A stretch of DNA of 16,372 bases, from assembly GCA_905250055.1 (NCBI GenBank), contig CAJNOF010000033.1, positions 895,821 to 912,192 of the forward strand, given 5' to 3'. This document shows, one piece after another, positions 1 through 9,834 of this stretch. The notes beneath the pieces were generated by a model that was given only the letters and a program-made list of their open reading frames with translations, searched no databases and had not been told where the DNA came from. The DNA is from Rotaria sp. (Eukaryota). The first letter of the stretch is position 1; every line of letters starts with the position of its first letter. Both the position numbers and the translations under genes were made by a program.

Positions 1-52
1 CATTACAATTAGGAACAGTTTGCTTTAGTCAGGGATCAGGCCCAGTGATTTA

Positions 53-148
53 TCTACTGGGTGGGCTCGGTGGGCGCCGCCCACTCGAAAATATACAGCA
101 GCCATTCGTCTACTGGGTGGGCCGAATGGGCGCCGCCCACCCGAAATT
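53..148. repeat. GC-rich tandem repeat of about 56 nt, 2 copies (53-92 and 109-148, about 36/40 identical). Each copy carries the near-palindrome GTGGGCG-C-CGCCCAC
   Basis: The copies are tctactgggtgggctcggtgggcgccgcccactcgaaaat and tctactgggtgggccgaatgggcgccgcccacccgaaatt. Local GC is far above the window average. A gatcaggcc motif flanks the repeat on both sides (about 35-43 and 192-200). Confidence 0.7.
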
Positions 149-356
149 TCGACTCGCTCACTCGGAAAACGAAATCTAGATAAAACACTGATCAGGCCTA
201 GACCAAATTGAGCGGAACTATGAATGAAATCTTTGAACAAAAAGTTATCAGGACCCTCACTGGGGTTTTAAACCAATCTGATGAGCCCTGCCTGCGCATC
301 TCTAGTAGTGAAGGACCGGTTTACTTCAATCTTTATATGATTTTCTATTAGGATGT

Positions 357-857
357 ATGTGTGTTATATATTTTAATTTCAAAGAAGTTTCCTCTTACAA
401 CTTTCTTTTTGTATTTTTGTTTGAAGTTCCTTATTTGGCATGCAAACCATTCGAACATTATCCTGAATCAAAAGTTTATCAATATTGTCAAGATTTTCAA
501 GAATATAGAGATAAACAATTAAAAAATTCCTATAATAAAATTTATGAACAAACATATTTTCGTGGTAGTCATTATATTAAAAAATTTTTTAATTTTTTAA
601 TTGGTATAAAAGATTGGATTATGAATTTTTTGGATGATATTTATTATTCAATAAAAAAAACATATCATCGACAAGTTAATAAAGTTAAAGATCGTGTTGA
701 TGATGTTGTATCAACAACAAAAGATAATGCTAAAGAATATTGTGATGCTAGTTTAGAAAAAGTTAAAACTTTAGTTGATGAATTTAAACGTGAAAAAGAT
801 AAATTACTTGGTAGTCGACATGCATTAAAACCTGGACAAGAAAAAGAATTAGAAGGT
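357..857 (+). CDS. SUN gene, first visible coding exon; the 5' boundary is uncertain (an acceptor-like ttgtttgaag ends at 426) and the 3' end is firm
   Basis: ORF 357-923 in the track. It shows the MVP-like codon bias (cgt/ggt/gct/tta/aaa/gaa) from about 470 onward. The donor is ggt|gtaagt at 858. The N-terminal part MCVIYFNF.. is probably intronic read-through. Confidence 0.55.
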
Positions 858-2819
858 GTAAGTAGAAAATTATTGACACAAAAAAAAAAGCAATTTTTAT
901 TAAGAAAATTGTTTTTGTTTTAGCTTATTCGACAGTTACTTGATGAATATGCTGCTGATGAAACTGGTCAAGCGGATTATGCACTTGAAGCTAATGGTAA
1001 GAAAATAAAAAAAACCAACGAAGAGAAAATGTTTCGTATTATTTTTTTTGTGTATCTTAGGTGGAAAAATTGTTGATACAAGATGTACTGAATATACTGA
1101 TGAACCTCGACAAAATGTTGTGAAATTTCTTGGTATTCCGATAGTACATATGTCTAAACAACCAGATATAATGATAAAAGTTTGTTAATTTTGATGTTTG
1201 AATTTTTATTTGCTTTGTTATTTATAGGCTGGTCGAATGCCTGGTCAATGTTTTCCATTTAAAGGTGATCAAGGTAGTGTTATTATTAAATTAGCTGTAC
1301 CCGTTAAACCAACTGAATTTGTACTTGAACATTTATCGAAAAGTATTTCAATTGTTGGACATATTAATAGTGCACCGAATAATTTTACTGTTTATGTAAG
1401 TAGAAATTTAAAATTATATTTTTATAGAATTGTAGAAGTTAATTTTAATTAATCCTAATAAAGAAACTTGTAAGAATAGTTGATAGATTCTATGTAATGT
1501 TCTAATAAAAAATTGTAAAAAAAGGATTCGGGTTTCTATTAACATGGCATTAAGTTATGGAATTTTATTCCAGACGTTATAGTATCTATAGGCATTAAAT
1601 AATTGAAATAGATCCGTTGAAGAGATTCGCTCGTCAGTGATAGCAGTAAGAGCTTAAGCTCCCTCTCAAAAATCGATCTCAGCCCAGGAACATTCAAATG
1701 ACATGAAAAAAACAGCTCTTTAGTATCTCCATGTTTTCTCTGTGGGTCTTCATTCTAGACATTTAATTTTTTTTTTGTTTGAAAGAGCATATCAGAATGC
1801 AGCGACTCTCGCGGCCCTTTTTTTTTAAAGTCTTACTTTTTAGGAGAAAAAACCGGAGCGAAAGTTCAATGACTCAAAAAATCTCTCTAAAAATTGCGCT
1901 GCTTCGATAGAGATGTTATCTTCTATGATAATAAAAAACTTATTTTAAAAAAAGGGCCACGAGAGTCGCTAGCCTTGCACATAAGCTTTCAAAAAAAAAA
2001 TATTTGGCTTTATCTCTTACTATGATGGAGTTCTGCTGGAGATACGTCGTTGAACCCATGTTCTGAGAAAAACAAAAAATGATTTTCGGTTTTTTGTAAA
2101 AACGGCCTGTTTTTCGGAGTTATGACTAGTTTATTGCATTTTTGACTTATTCTTGTCTACTTGTCGTGACAGTCAAATCACTGAAGTTCGATCGAAAATT
2201 TCACCCATAGGTAAGACTCGTAGTAGATAAAATATCCTGAACAGAATGCATCGTTGTTGAGGTATGAAATGTTGAAAAAAAAAGTATGTCGAATGCGACC
2301 TGTGATGATTCCTTTGTATTAGAGATTATTAATGAAAAAGTTCTAAAACTTTATAGGAAGATTAATTTAATTTGATCGGTAAGATGAAAATATAATGAAA
2401 TAATCAAAGTAAAAATTCAATATTGTAGTGAAGAGCTTTTAGTTAAACATGCTTATTGTTTGAAAGTATTTTGTTTTTGAATTTTTATACGAAAGATTTA
2501 TTTTTGTTTTATTTTTAGGCTTTGAAAGATAAAAATGATAAAGAAGGTACAGTTTTGGGTCGATATTATTATGATGCAGAGAACGGTCCATCACTTCAAC
2601 GATTTAAACCTCAAGTTTGTTTTATTTTTTTTTTGTTATATTATCAATAAAATAAATTTGTTTTGTATTTAGCTTCGTCATGTACCGACAATTGAATATA
2701 TTGAACTTCGAGTAACATCAAATTGGGGAAATCCAAATTACACATGTGTATATCGATTTCGTGTTCATGGTGATTTGCCAGCGGTTCAACCATCAGCACC
2801 ACCAGCACCGGCTGCATAA
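357..2819 (+). CDS. SUN-domain (Sad1/UNC-84 family) nuclear-envelope protein gene, 5'-partial, about 6 coding exons: (357/427)-857, 924-996, 1061-1179, 1228-1395, 2519-2614, 2673-2819
   Basis: Spliced translation gives a coiled-coil-like segment (..[30 protein letters not shown]..). The rest reads [25 protein letters not shown]|[39 protein letters not shown]|[56 protein letters not shown]|[32 protein letters not shown]|[36 protein letters not shown]. This matches the conserved SUN-domain core (DYAL..G..I....CSETY / W.F.G..G...I.L / Y..F.V.G) from established knowledge. All junctions have GT donors and pyrimidine-rich AG acceptors and keep the frame. No transmembrane segment is visible, so the true 5' exons probably lie upstream or outside the window. 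Confidence 0.8.
924..996 (+). CDS. SUN gene exon ([24 protein letters not shown], phase-1 end)
   Basis: Acceptor ttttgttttag at 913-923; donor g|gtaaga at 997. Confidence 0.7.
1061..1179 (+). CDS. SUN gene exon ([40 protein letters not shown])
   Basis: Acceptor gtatcttag at 1052-1060; donor gtttgt at 1180. The frame is restored by a single G carried over from the previous exon. Confidence 0.7.
1228..1395 (+). CDS. SUN gene exon ([56 protein letters not shown])
   Basis: Acceptor tttatag at 1221-1227; donor gtaagt at 1396. Lies within ORF 1237-1452. Confidence 0.75.
1770..2000. mobile_element. Foldback / MITE-like inverted-repeat element inside the 1.1-kb SUN intron
   Basis: The left arm tgaaag..gcagcgactctcgcggccc-T9 lies at about 1780-1829. 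The right arm A7-gggccacgagagtcgctagc..ctttca lies at about 1944-1995. The core is 18/19 bp complementary, flanked by complementary T and A runs and a weaker outer tgaaag/ctttca pair. The internal spacer is about 115 bp. No ORF is present. Confidence 0.5.
2519..2614 (+). CDS. SUN gene exon ([32 protein letters not shown])
   Basis: Acceptor atttttag at 2511-2518, following a 1123-nt intron; donor gtttgt at 2615. Confidence 0.7.
2673..2819 (+). CDS. SUN gene terminal exon ([48 protein letters not shown], stop TAA 2817-2819)
   Basis: Acceptor ttgtatttag at 2663-2672. The conserved C-terminal SUN motif is NW..P.YTC.YRFRVHG. Confidence 0.75.
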   Translation, partial: LRHVPTIEYIELRVTSNWGNPNYTCVYRFRVHGDLPAVQPSAPPAPAA

Positions 2820-2921
2820 TATGCATTATTTGTTGTTTTCTTCTTTTTTCCTCTTACAATAACAAAAAAAAAACAAAAAAAAAAAACCAAATTCTAAACA
2901 TTATCGCGGTAATTCATATTG

Positions 2922-2927
2922 AATAAA
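2922..2927 (+). other. AATAAA polyadenylation-signal candidate for the SUN gene
   Basis: The hexamer lies about 100 nt downstream of the stop. An A-rich tract (2861-2886) sits between them. Confidence 0.35.
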
Positions 2928-5900
2928 CGCATAATGAAAATTATCTTTTGTTTATTTCTAAAAAACGTCTAGCTTGTGTATTTAGAAAAAAAAACAGATT
3001 AAAAAGGTGTTTATGAACAATTAATGTAGACATTCTTTTTTTTCTTTTGTTTATTTGTATGTTTATGTGGTTATTCTATGTGTTGAATCACGCTTCTTTT
3101 CTTTTTCCTTTTTTGTGTAATTGTCGGTGTGCTTCTTTCATTTTTTTTTGTCAACTTATATGTTCGAAAATAAAAATCTAGAAATCTTTGCAAATAACCA
3201 CGAAGAAAAAAATAAAATATGATTTCGTATTTAACAAAAGTAATAACAGTGACATTAGAATACTACAAAGAAAAAGCTCAAGAGAATTTTCTTTTTATAC
3301 ATTTGATAATCTGAAAAGTAGTACTTTATACTTCTATAATATCTCATCATTCTTCAGCTGATTTCATAGAAATAAAATTTCAATGAAAGCTGTTCAGCTT
3401 ATAGTTCGACATGATAATCTCGATATATTTTACTCCTTTGTATTAAAACATGTCGTAAACTTTAATTATTTCTTTTCTCAGAAATATCTTGATATAAATC
3501 GAAAAAAAAACTAGACTGCATGAGTTCGAAAAATGTCAAAAAGCGATGGTATAAGACTTTTTTGTTATTTCGAAATCTCAGGCTTTCATAGAGAAACTAA
3601 TAATGAATTACACTCATGTTCAGTCATTGTGACTCGGCCATCGAACTGATATTTTGTCAATAACTCGTTGCCAATGACACTAGTCGATGTCTATGAGAGT
3701 TCGCTTCCATGCATTGTTGTTCTTTAGCCATTTCAGTTTTACTAAATTTTTTATTTCTGGAAAGGTATGTACGAAAAATCAAAGTATGGAACTTTCACAG
3801 ATACCTTTCGACTAGTGTTATTGGATCTTACTTATAAGTAAAGCATTAGTTCAATTGACAAATCACACTTGAGAACTCTTTCTCATTAACTGACAAATAA
3901 AATATCAATAATATTTTTCAGATTGAATCATCTATGACCATATAAAAGAACTCGCAGATTTTAATTATCATTTTCAGAATTTTCATAACCTCTTAGCAAT
4001 CAAGTTTTTGAGAAAACGGATTTCAGGTGTGCACTCGTCACATTCTCAAGATTTTGAAAAATTTTTTCTCATTTCAAAATGGTAGTTGGACATGCAGAAC
4101 GATTGAGTGGATTGAGCCTTAATCACTGCATCGAAAAGAAGAATGAACTAGTCATTGTAGCTGAGCTAATGAAAAGCAATCACTCGGCTACTGTACTTGG
4201 TCCAATAAATCAATTTTTCATTCAAAGACACAAAGTGCATTCAGAAAACGAAAAAATTTTGTCTCACATGACTCTGATTCTTCTCTATCTACTTATTGAT
4301 ATTATCACTTGCGTCTGCTTCAAGTCAACTGATTCTGTTGTAACCCATTATGGCCTTTGTTCGATACTTATGTTACTTGACTTCATGAACATACTCAGAA
4401 GCATATGTTCACTTATTTTGAATCGATGGACCTCACGATAAAGCTATATTACCTTATTTTCTGAGTCTGAAATCACGTAGTTTTAATTATTGAATGTGAT
4501 AAATTTCATTTTACAGTGAATTTCATAAATTTCAAGAGCAAAGAAGAATATAAAAAACCTATTGATAAATGGATACAATTTTCTATATAAACAACCAGAA
4601 TGTCTACTTCGAACCTCTAATGAAATGAAAACTAAATGAACATATGACTATATTTTTCTAGAAGCCCTGTTTGAATTATTACTATATAAAGAGAGAAAAT
4701 TTTCTTTAATTTTCTAAATAGTATAATAATGCATCAAACAGATTATGCTCTCTAATGAACAGTCAATGATGACTTGTTTATTATAAGACCACTATTCGGA
4801 TTGTCTAAACTATGTGTACATTGTGTTAGTAGTCGAATATAATTAGTTGAGAAGAGTCTCGCGCATCTGCCAAACGACTTCAACACTTAGTATAAAACAT
4901 GTCGCTAAAAATAAGATTCACCCATGTAAGAGCTACTGAGAAACTAATACTAGTATACAAGATCAGCATAATGCATGCTATACCAGCGTTCTTTCTTGAA
5001 AGTGTGGTATCATGGTACATTGTTATTAAAACGGGTGAATATTTTTGAAATCTGATAAAATAGGCAGAATTGAGTCGACTTCAATGCACTCCAATAACGT
5101 TGAACCGTCTGTACTCTAACTGCATTGCCCCAATCGACTCCATTTATGAAATGAATTTTTATTAGTAAAATATATTCTGAAACTGTGCTTTTTTCGGTTA
5201 AGTTGAATTGAGGTAGAACATACTTTATGCACTGTTTTATAGTTAAAACCGAAAGTTGTAAATGCTACCACCGGTAAATTGCCGATAGTGCAAAGAAACA
5301 TGTGAGATTGGTACGGTTCAGATTCGGATGCTAAAGTTTTGGATCGGACAATATCAAACATATAGGGTCATCTTTCAAAATTGATACGACTAAGAATAAT
5401 GTGTAGGAATGTACCGAGATTTTAACTAATAGAAAAAGTATTGAAATTTACATCTGTAGATACTTGTCATGATGGTTCGAGTATACAAAAACTTCGAACT
5501 CTTGTATGATAAACGAAGTTAATAAAAAGCTTTAAGTTTTAAGCAAGATTGTTATAATGTTTTAAGTATGAGTACAATGAATTGTCAATTATTCGTAATC
5601 CTATGTTCAATAGAATACAGGTCGTAGTATGATAACTTAAAATATATTAAGTTAAATTATTTAGTGTCTTTTTTTTCATATTAGAATGAAATTTAAAATC
5701 AAAATTATCAAGGTAATACTCAAGATTTATTTATCTTTTCGGGAAATAATAAATCATTAGTAAATATTCATAAAAATGTCACAATTTTAAAAACAAAGAT
5801 TTAATTAATAATGCTTTTACATAAACTAGGTCAACTTTTTTCTATCAACAGACGTGTACGTTGTGGAATACTTTTTATACATTTCATCGGCATTGGGTTG

Positions 5901-6060
5901 TTTTTAAACATCGGAATCATTTATCAATAATTTGTTTTTTTTTTTTTAAGTGATGTTTTGCTCATGATGATTCATAGAGATTTACACGTCTGTGTTCTGT
6001 CATCGTTATTACTAACTTGAAAGAATATAAAAAACAAGCTACACGTTGTGCAATAACAAC

Positions 6061-6126
6061 GATGGCGATGATGACGACGATACAGAGAGAGAGAAATATA
6101 GATTTTTTTTCTCTCATTCTCTCTCT
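6061..6126. repeat. Cluster of simple repeats, (GATGRC)n, (GA)6 and (TC)n, about 160-220 nt upstream of the MVP-A ATG
   Basis: The sequence is gatggcgatgatgacgacga tacagagagagagaaatatag ...ctctcattctctctc. Confidence 0.7.
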
Positions 6127-6223
6127 TTTTTTTTGTGAGGGGCAAACTTGCACAATACTTTGAAAAAAAATATTTCACTGTCTCCCGTGTAATATCTTGT
6201 GCATGTCTCTATTGTTTTTCATT

Positions 6224-6233
6224 ATTTTATAAG
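6224..6233 (+). promoter_or_regulatory. TATA-like element (ttttataag) about 50 nt upstream of the MVP-A start codon
   Basis: The call rests on sequence motif and position only. Confidence 0.3.
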
Positions 6234-6282
6234 TAGGCATTCATTTTCATATATTCGTCTAGATTATAATTCACCAAACGAC

Positions 6283-6476
6283 ATGAATCCATCGACTACG
6301 ACTACATCTACTAATAAAGGTGGCTCAGGTCCATTGTATCGTATACCACCTTACCATTATATACATGTTTTGGATCAAAATACAAGTGTTACAAGACTTG
6401 AAGTTGGTCCTAAAACATTTATTAAACAAGACAATGAAACAGTTACTATCGGACCTGAAAAGATGATTACAGTACC
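6283..6476 (+). CDS. MVP: MVP-A exon 1 ([65 protein letters not shown], phase-2 end)
   Basis: The ATG at 6283 is preceded by a TATA-like ttttataag about 50 nt upstream. The upstream in-frame ATG at 6199 has non-genic codon usage. The donor is cc|gtacgt at 6477. This junction gives ..TVPPRHYC, the same position as in MVP-B. Confidence 0.75.
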
Positions 6477-9400
6477 GTACGTAAATCATTTCTAAATAAA
6501 GAAAAATAAGTAAATCAATACTTATTTTAAATTATTTCTAGACCACGTCATTATTGTGTGATTGAATCACCTGTAGTACGTAATGAAGCAGGAGAAGTAC
6601 AATATGATCAAAATGGTCAAGCTAAACTTGTTCATGCTGATTTGGATATTCGTCTTGCACAACCTGATCAAGCACCATTCCCACTTTATCCTGGAGAAGT
6701 TCTTCGTCAAGTATGAAAAACAAAAAAAAAGAAAAATCGATATTTTTCTTATTTCTATTTTATTTGTTTGATCTTATTTTTAGCCAGTTACACCTTTAAA
6801 AGTTGTACCAGCTAATTCAGCATTACGCTTAAAAGCTGTACTTGATTTTGAAGATGAAACAACCAAAGAACAACGTCGTGCCGGTGATGAATGGTTATTT
6901 GAAGGACCTGGAACATATATTCCACGAAAAGAAGTTAGTGTAGAAGAACAAATTCGTGCAACTATAATTGGTCCTAATCAAGCTATTCGACTTAGTGCAA
7001 AAAAAGAAATCATTGATCGATCAGGACAACGACGTGTTACTGGTGAAGAATGGTTGGTTAAAAAAACTGGTGCCTATTTACCACTTGCCTATGTAAATAA
7101 AATCAAGTGTCTTTTTTTTTAGAAATTTTAATTTTTTTTCTTATTTATTAAATATTTTAGGAAACAGTGGTTTCTGTTGAAAATGCACATGTTTTAACAG
7201 ATAAAAAAGCTCTTCATCTTCGTGCTCTTAAAACTTTTACTGATGATTTTGGTAAGAAACGTATGAATGGTGAAGAATGGCTTGTTACTCTTAACGATAC
7301 TGAAACACATACACTTAGTGTTTATGAACAATTAGTTGCTATTGTTGATGTAATAACACTTAATTCACGTCAATATTGTGTTATTCTTGATCCAGTTGCT
7401 GCTGATGGAAAACCACAATTAGGAAAAAAGGTTTGTTTTATGAACTAAGATCTAAAACGAGTGTTGAAGTAGAAATTTGGGCTAATATACAGATATTGAC
7501 GGACATCTTAGTAACATATGTCTGAAAATTGAGTTGAGACATTGGATAGTTTAAAAAATCAAACATATATTTTTGTGCCGTAACGGAGGCAGTGATGACT
7601 CAACCGATTGTCTTACAGTTCTAATACCAGATCTGTCTCAAAATAGATAAACAAAACCATTTTTCTATGGTTAAGTGTGTTTTTTATATTGGAATTTCTT
7701 TACTTTTTTGTTTTTAGAAACTTATTGTTGGTGAAAAATCATTCTTTCTTCAACCGGGTGAAAGACTTGAAAATGGTATTCAAGATGTTTATATATTAGG
7801 TGAAGATGAAGGTGTTATTCTTAAATGTATTGAAGCATTTACTGATGAACAAGCTGGTACAGAACGAAATCCAGGTGATCGATGGATGATTCGTGGTCCA
7901 AGGTAAGATATTGATTTGTTTTTTTTTCTTTCAAAAAAATAAAATAAAATCTTTATTTTATTTTATTTTATTTTAGTGAATATATTCCTCCAACACAAGT
8001 TGAAGTTGTTACACGTCGTAAAGCAATTCCATTAGATGAAAATGAAGGTATTTATGTTCGTGATATAAAAACAGGTCGTGTACGAGCTGTTATTGGTGAA
8101 ACATATATGTTAACACAAGATGAAGAACTTTGGCAAAAAGAATTACCTAAACAAATTGAAGATTTACTTTCACGTGATCCATTAGCTGAACGAAATGTTC
8201 CAACACGTAATCAAACATCAGATAAAACTCAACAACAAACATCTACTACTACACAAGCAACAAGTTCAAAATCAAGTACAACAAGACGTGACAAATCCCA
8301 ATTAATTACTTATCGTGTACCACATAATGCTGCTGTACAAATATATGATTATAAATCTAAAAAAGCACGTATTATTTTTGGTCCTGAACTTGTTATGCTT
8401 GGTCCTGATGAACATTTTACATTACTTTCATTAAGTGGTACTGTACCAAAAAAACCAAATCAAATTCAAACACTTTGTTTACTTCTTGGTCCTGATTTTT
8501 TTACTGATGTTATTGTTATTGAAACAGCTGATCATGCTCGTCTTTCACTTCAACTTTCATATAGTAAATGAATGAATTCGAATTGATTTTATTTTTTTTA
8601 TTTTTTTATTTATTTAGATTGGCATTTTGAAGTTAGTGATATGAAAGATGAAAAAGAAGCTGCAAAACTTTTTTCAGTTCCTGATTTTGTTGGTGATGCA
8701 GCTAAAGCTATTGCATCACGTATTCGTGGTGCTGTTGCTGGAACACAATTTGATGATTTTCATAAAAATTCAGCACAAATTATTCGTGCATCTGTATTTG
8801 GTCTCGATGCTAATCAACATATACGTGATCAATTTGTTTTTCCACAAAATAATCTCGTTATAACATCAATTGATATACAAAGTGTTGAACCAGTTGATCA
8901 ACGTACACGTGATGCACTTCAAAAAAGTGTACAATTAGCTATTGAAGTAAAATAAATTAAATTATTTTATTTAATAGATGCAAAAAAAAAATCTATTTTT
9001 CAATTAGATAACAACAAATTCACAAGAAGCTGCAGCTAAACATGAAGCTTCACGTCGTGAACAAGAAGCTAAAGGTTTATTAGAACGTCAACGTATTAAA
9101 GATGAAGCTGATGCTGAACAAGTTCGTAAACAACTTTTGGAATTACAAGCTCTATCAGCTGCTGTTGAATCAGCCGGTCAAGCTAAAGCTGAAGCACAAA
9201 GTCGTTCTGAATCAGCTCGAATTGAAGGAGAAGCTGCTGTTGAACAAGGTACAAAGAATATTAATAAAAAAAAATATATATAATATCTAAATAATGAACT
9301 TTTTTTTTTCCATTATTTCTTTTGAATAGCTCGTCTTAAAGCTGAAGCTACACGAATTGAAGCTGAAGCTGAATTAGCACGTTTGAAATTAGCACGTGAA

Positions 9401-9730
9401 GCTGAAATAAAATATTTAGGTGAACAAAATGAATTAGAAATAAGTAAAAAATCTGAAATGTCAAGAATTGAAACAGACAAATTCAAATTACAAGTTGAAT
9501 CAATTGGTGCATCAACTATACAAGCTATTGCTACTTCTGGTCCAGATACACAAGTTAAACTTTTACAAGCACTTGGTCTTCAATCAATGTTAGTTACCGA
9601 TGGTCGTACACCAATTAATCTTATGGGATTTGGACAAGGTCTTTTAGGTGGTTTGACTAGTAATACAAATAAAAAAATACGATCATCAACTACAGCTTCA
9701 AGTAATTATCATGTTGAAGAACATGAATAG
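6283..9730 (+). CDS. MVP: Major vault protein paralogue A (MVP-A), complete, 9 exons, about 894 aa: 6283-6476, 6542-6710, 6784-7092, 7161-7430, 7718-7902, 7977-8563, 8618-8946, 9008-9248, 9330-9730
   Basis: The spliced product is collinear with the MVP family along its whole length. It contains [73 protein letters not shown] and [10 protein letters not shown]. It also contains [117 protein letters not shown] and [38 protein letters not shown]. The C-terminal coiled-coil and cap-helix region is present (..[22 protein letters not shown]). Total exon length is 2685 nt, which equals 895 codons. Every junction is GT...AG and keeps the frame. Confidence 0.9.
6542..6710 (+). CDS. MVP: MVP-A exon 2 ([56 protein letters not shown])
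   Basis: Acceptor ttatttctag at 6532-6541; donor gtatga at 6711. Confidence 0.8.
6784..7092 (+). CDS. MVP: MVP-A exon 3 ([25 protein letters not shown]...[17 protein letters not shown])
   Basis: Acceptor ttatttttag at 6774-6783; donor gtaaat at 7093. Confidence 0.8.
7161..7430 (+). CDS. MVP: MVP-A exon 4 ([42 protein letters not shown]...[19 protein letters not shown])
   Basis: Acceptor aatattttag at 7151-7160; donor gtttgt at 7431. Overlaps ORF 7167-7448. Confidence 0.8.
7718..7902 (+). CDS. MVP: MVP-A exon 5 ([61 protein letters not shown], phase-2 end)
   Basis: Acceptor ttgtttttag at 7708-7717, following a 287-nt intron; donor ag|gtaaga at 7903. Confidence 0.75.
7977..8563 (+). CDS. MVP: MVP-A exon 6 ([30 protein letters not shown]...[15 protein letters not shown], phase-1 end)
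   Basis: Acceptor tattttag at 7969-7976; donor a|gtaaat at 8564. Contains ORF 8107-8571. Confidence 0.8.
8618..8946 (+). CDS. MVP: MVP-A exon 7 ((N)[41 protein letters not shown]...[12 protein letters not shown])
   Basis: Acceptor tttatttag at 8609-8617; donor gtaaaa at 8947. Contains ORF 8641-8955. Confidence 0.8.
9008..9248 (+). CDS. MVP: MVP-A exon 8 ([80 protein letters not shown], phase-1 end)
   Basis: Acceptor ttcaattag at 8999-9007; donor g|gtacaa at 9249. Confidence 0.75.
9330..9730 (+). CDS. MVP: MVP-A exon 9 ([37 protein letters not shown]...[57 protein letters not shown], stop TAG)
   Basis: Acceptor tttgaatag at 9321-9329. Contains ORF 9383-9730. AATAAA candidate at 9829-9834. 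Confidence 0.8.
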
Positions 9731-9828
9731 ATGAGAACATTCGACAATTAATACGTTCTTTATTCATGTGTGTTTACGTTATTTTCTATACACTTAGTTT
9801 GATTTCTTTTTAAATACTTATGTAAGAT

Positions 9829-9834
9829 TAATAA
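9829..9834 (+). other. AATAAA polyadenylation-signal candidate for MVP-A
   Basis: It lies about 100 nt downstream of the TAG stop. A second AATAAA lies at about 9921. Confidence 0.35.

Noticed and set aside
25-240. 71-aa minus-strand ORF (MFKDFIHSS...GGRRPFGPPSRRMAAV...)
   Set aside because: It is a translation artefact of the GC-rich tandem or palindromic repeat. It has Gly/Arg/Pro-rich low complexity, no homology features and no gene-like codon bias.
1540-1700. Possible extra alternative exon in the long SUN intron (GC-richer patch with a gtaaga motif at about 1646)
   Set aside because: An insertion between the NNFTVY and ALKDKND strands of the SUN fold is structurally implausible, and no convincing acceptor or frame was found. 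The patch is more likely part of the inserted element next to the foldback repeat.
4079-4441. 120-aa plus-strand ORF in the SUN to MVP-A spacer
   Set aside because: Its codon usage is opposite to that of the three confident genes. It has no recognisable domain or splice context, and it is at the length expected by chance in 3.4 kb.
5116-5361. 81-aa minus-strand ORF
   Set aside because: There is no homology signal, its codon usage is atypical and it is isolated. It is most likely chance.
5962-6178. Two overlapping minus-strand ORFs (63 and 68 aa)
   Set aside because: They are generated by the (GATGRC)n and (GA)n simple repeats (..RRHHRHRCY.., ..KKRERMREKK..) and are not coding.
8648-8863. 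Alternative-frame ORFs inside MVP exons (8648-8863, 9102-9290, 12036-12248, 12490-12681, 13669-13872)
   Set aside because: These are off-frame read-throughs of AT-rich MVP coding sequence, Leu/Ile/Lys/Phe-rich nonsense. The in-frame MVP translation explains each region.
9716-9760. Idea that TAG and TAA might be reassigned (ciliate-type code), extending the MVP-A C-terminus
   Set aside because: MVP-B ends with TGA and the SUN gene with TAA at the positions homology predicts. All three stop codons therefore act as stops in this genome.
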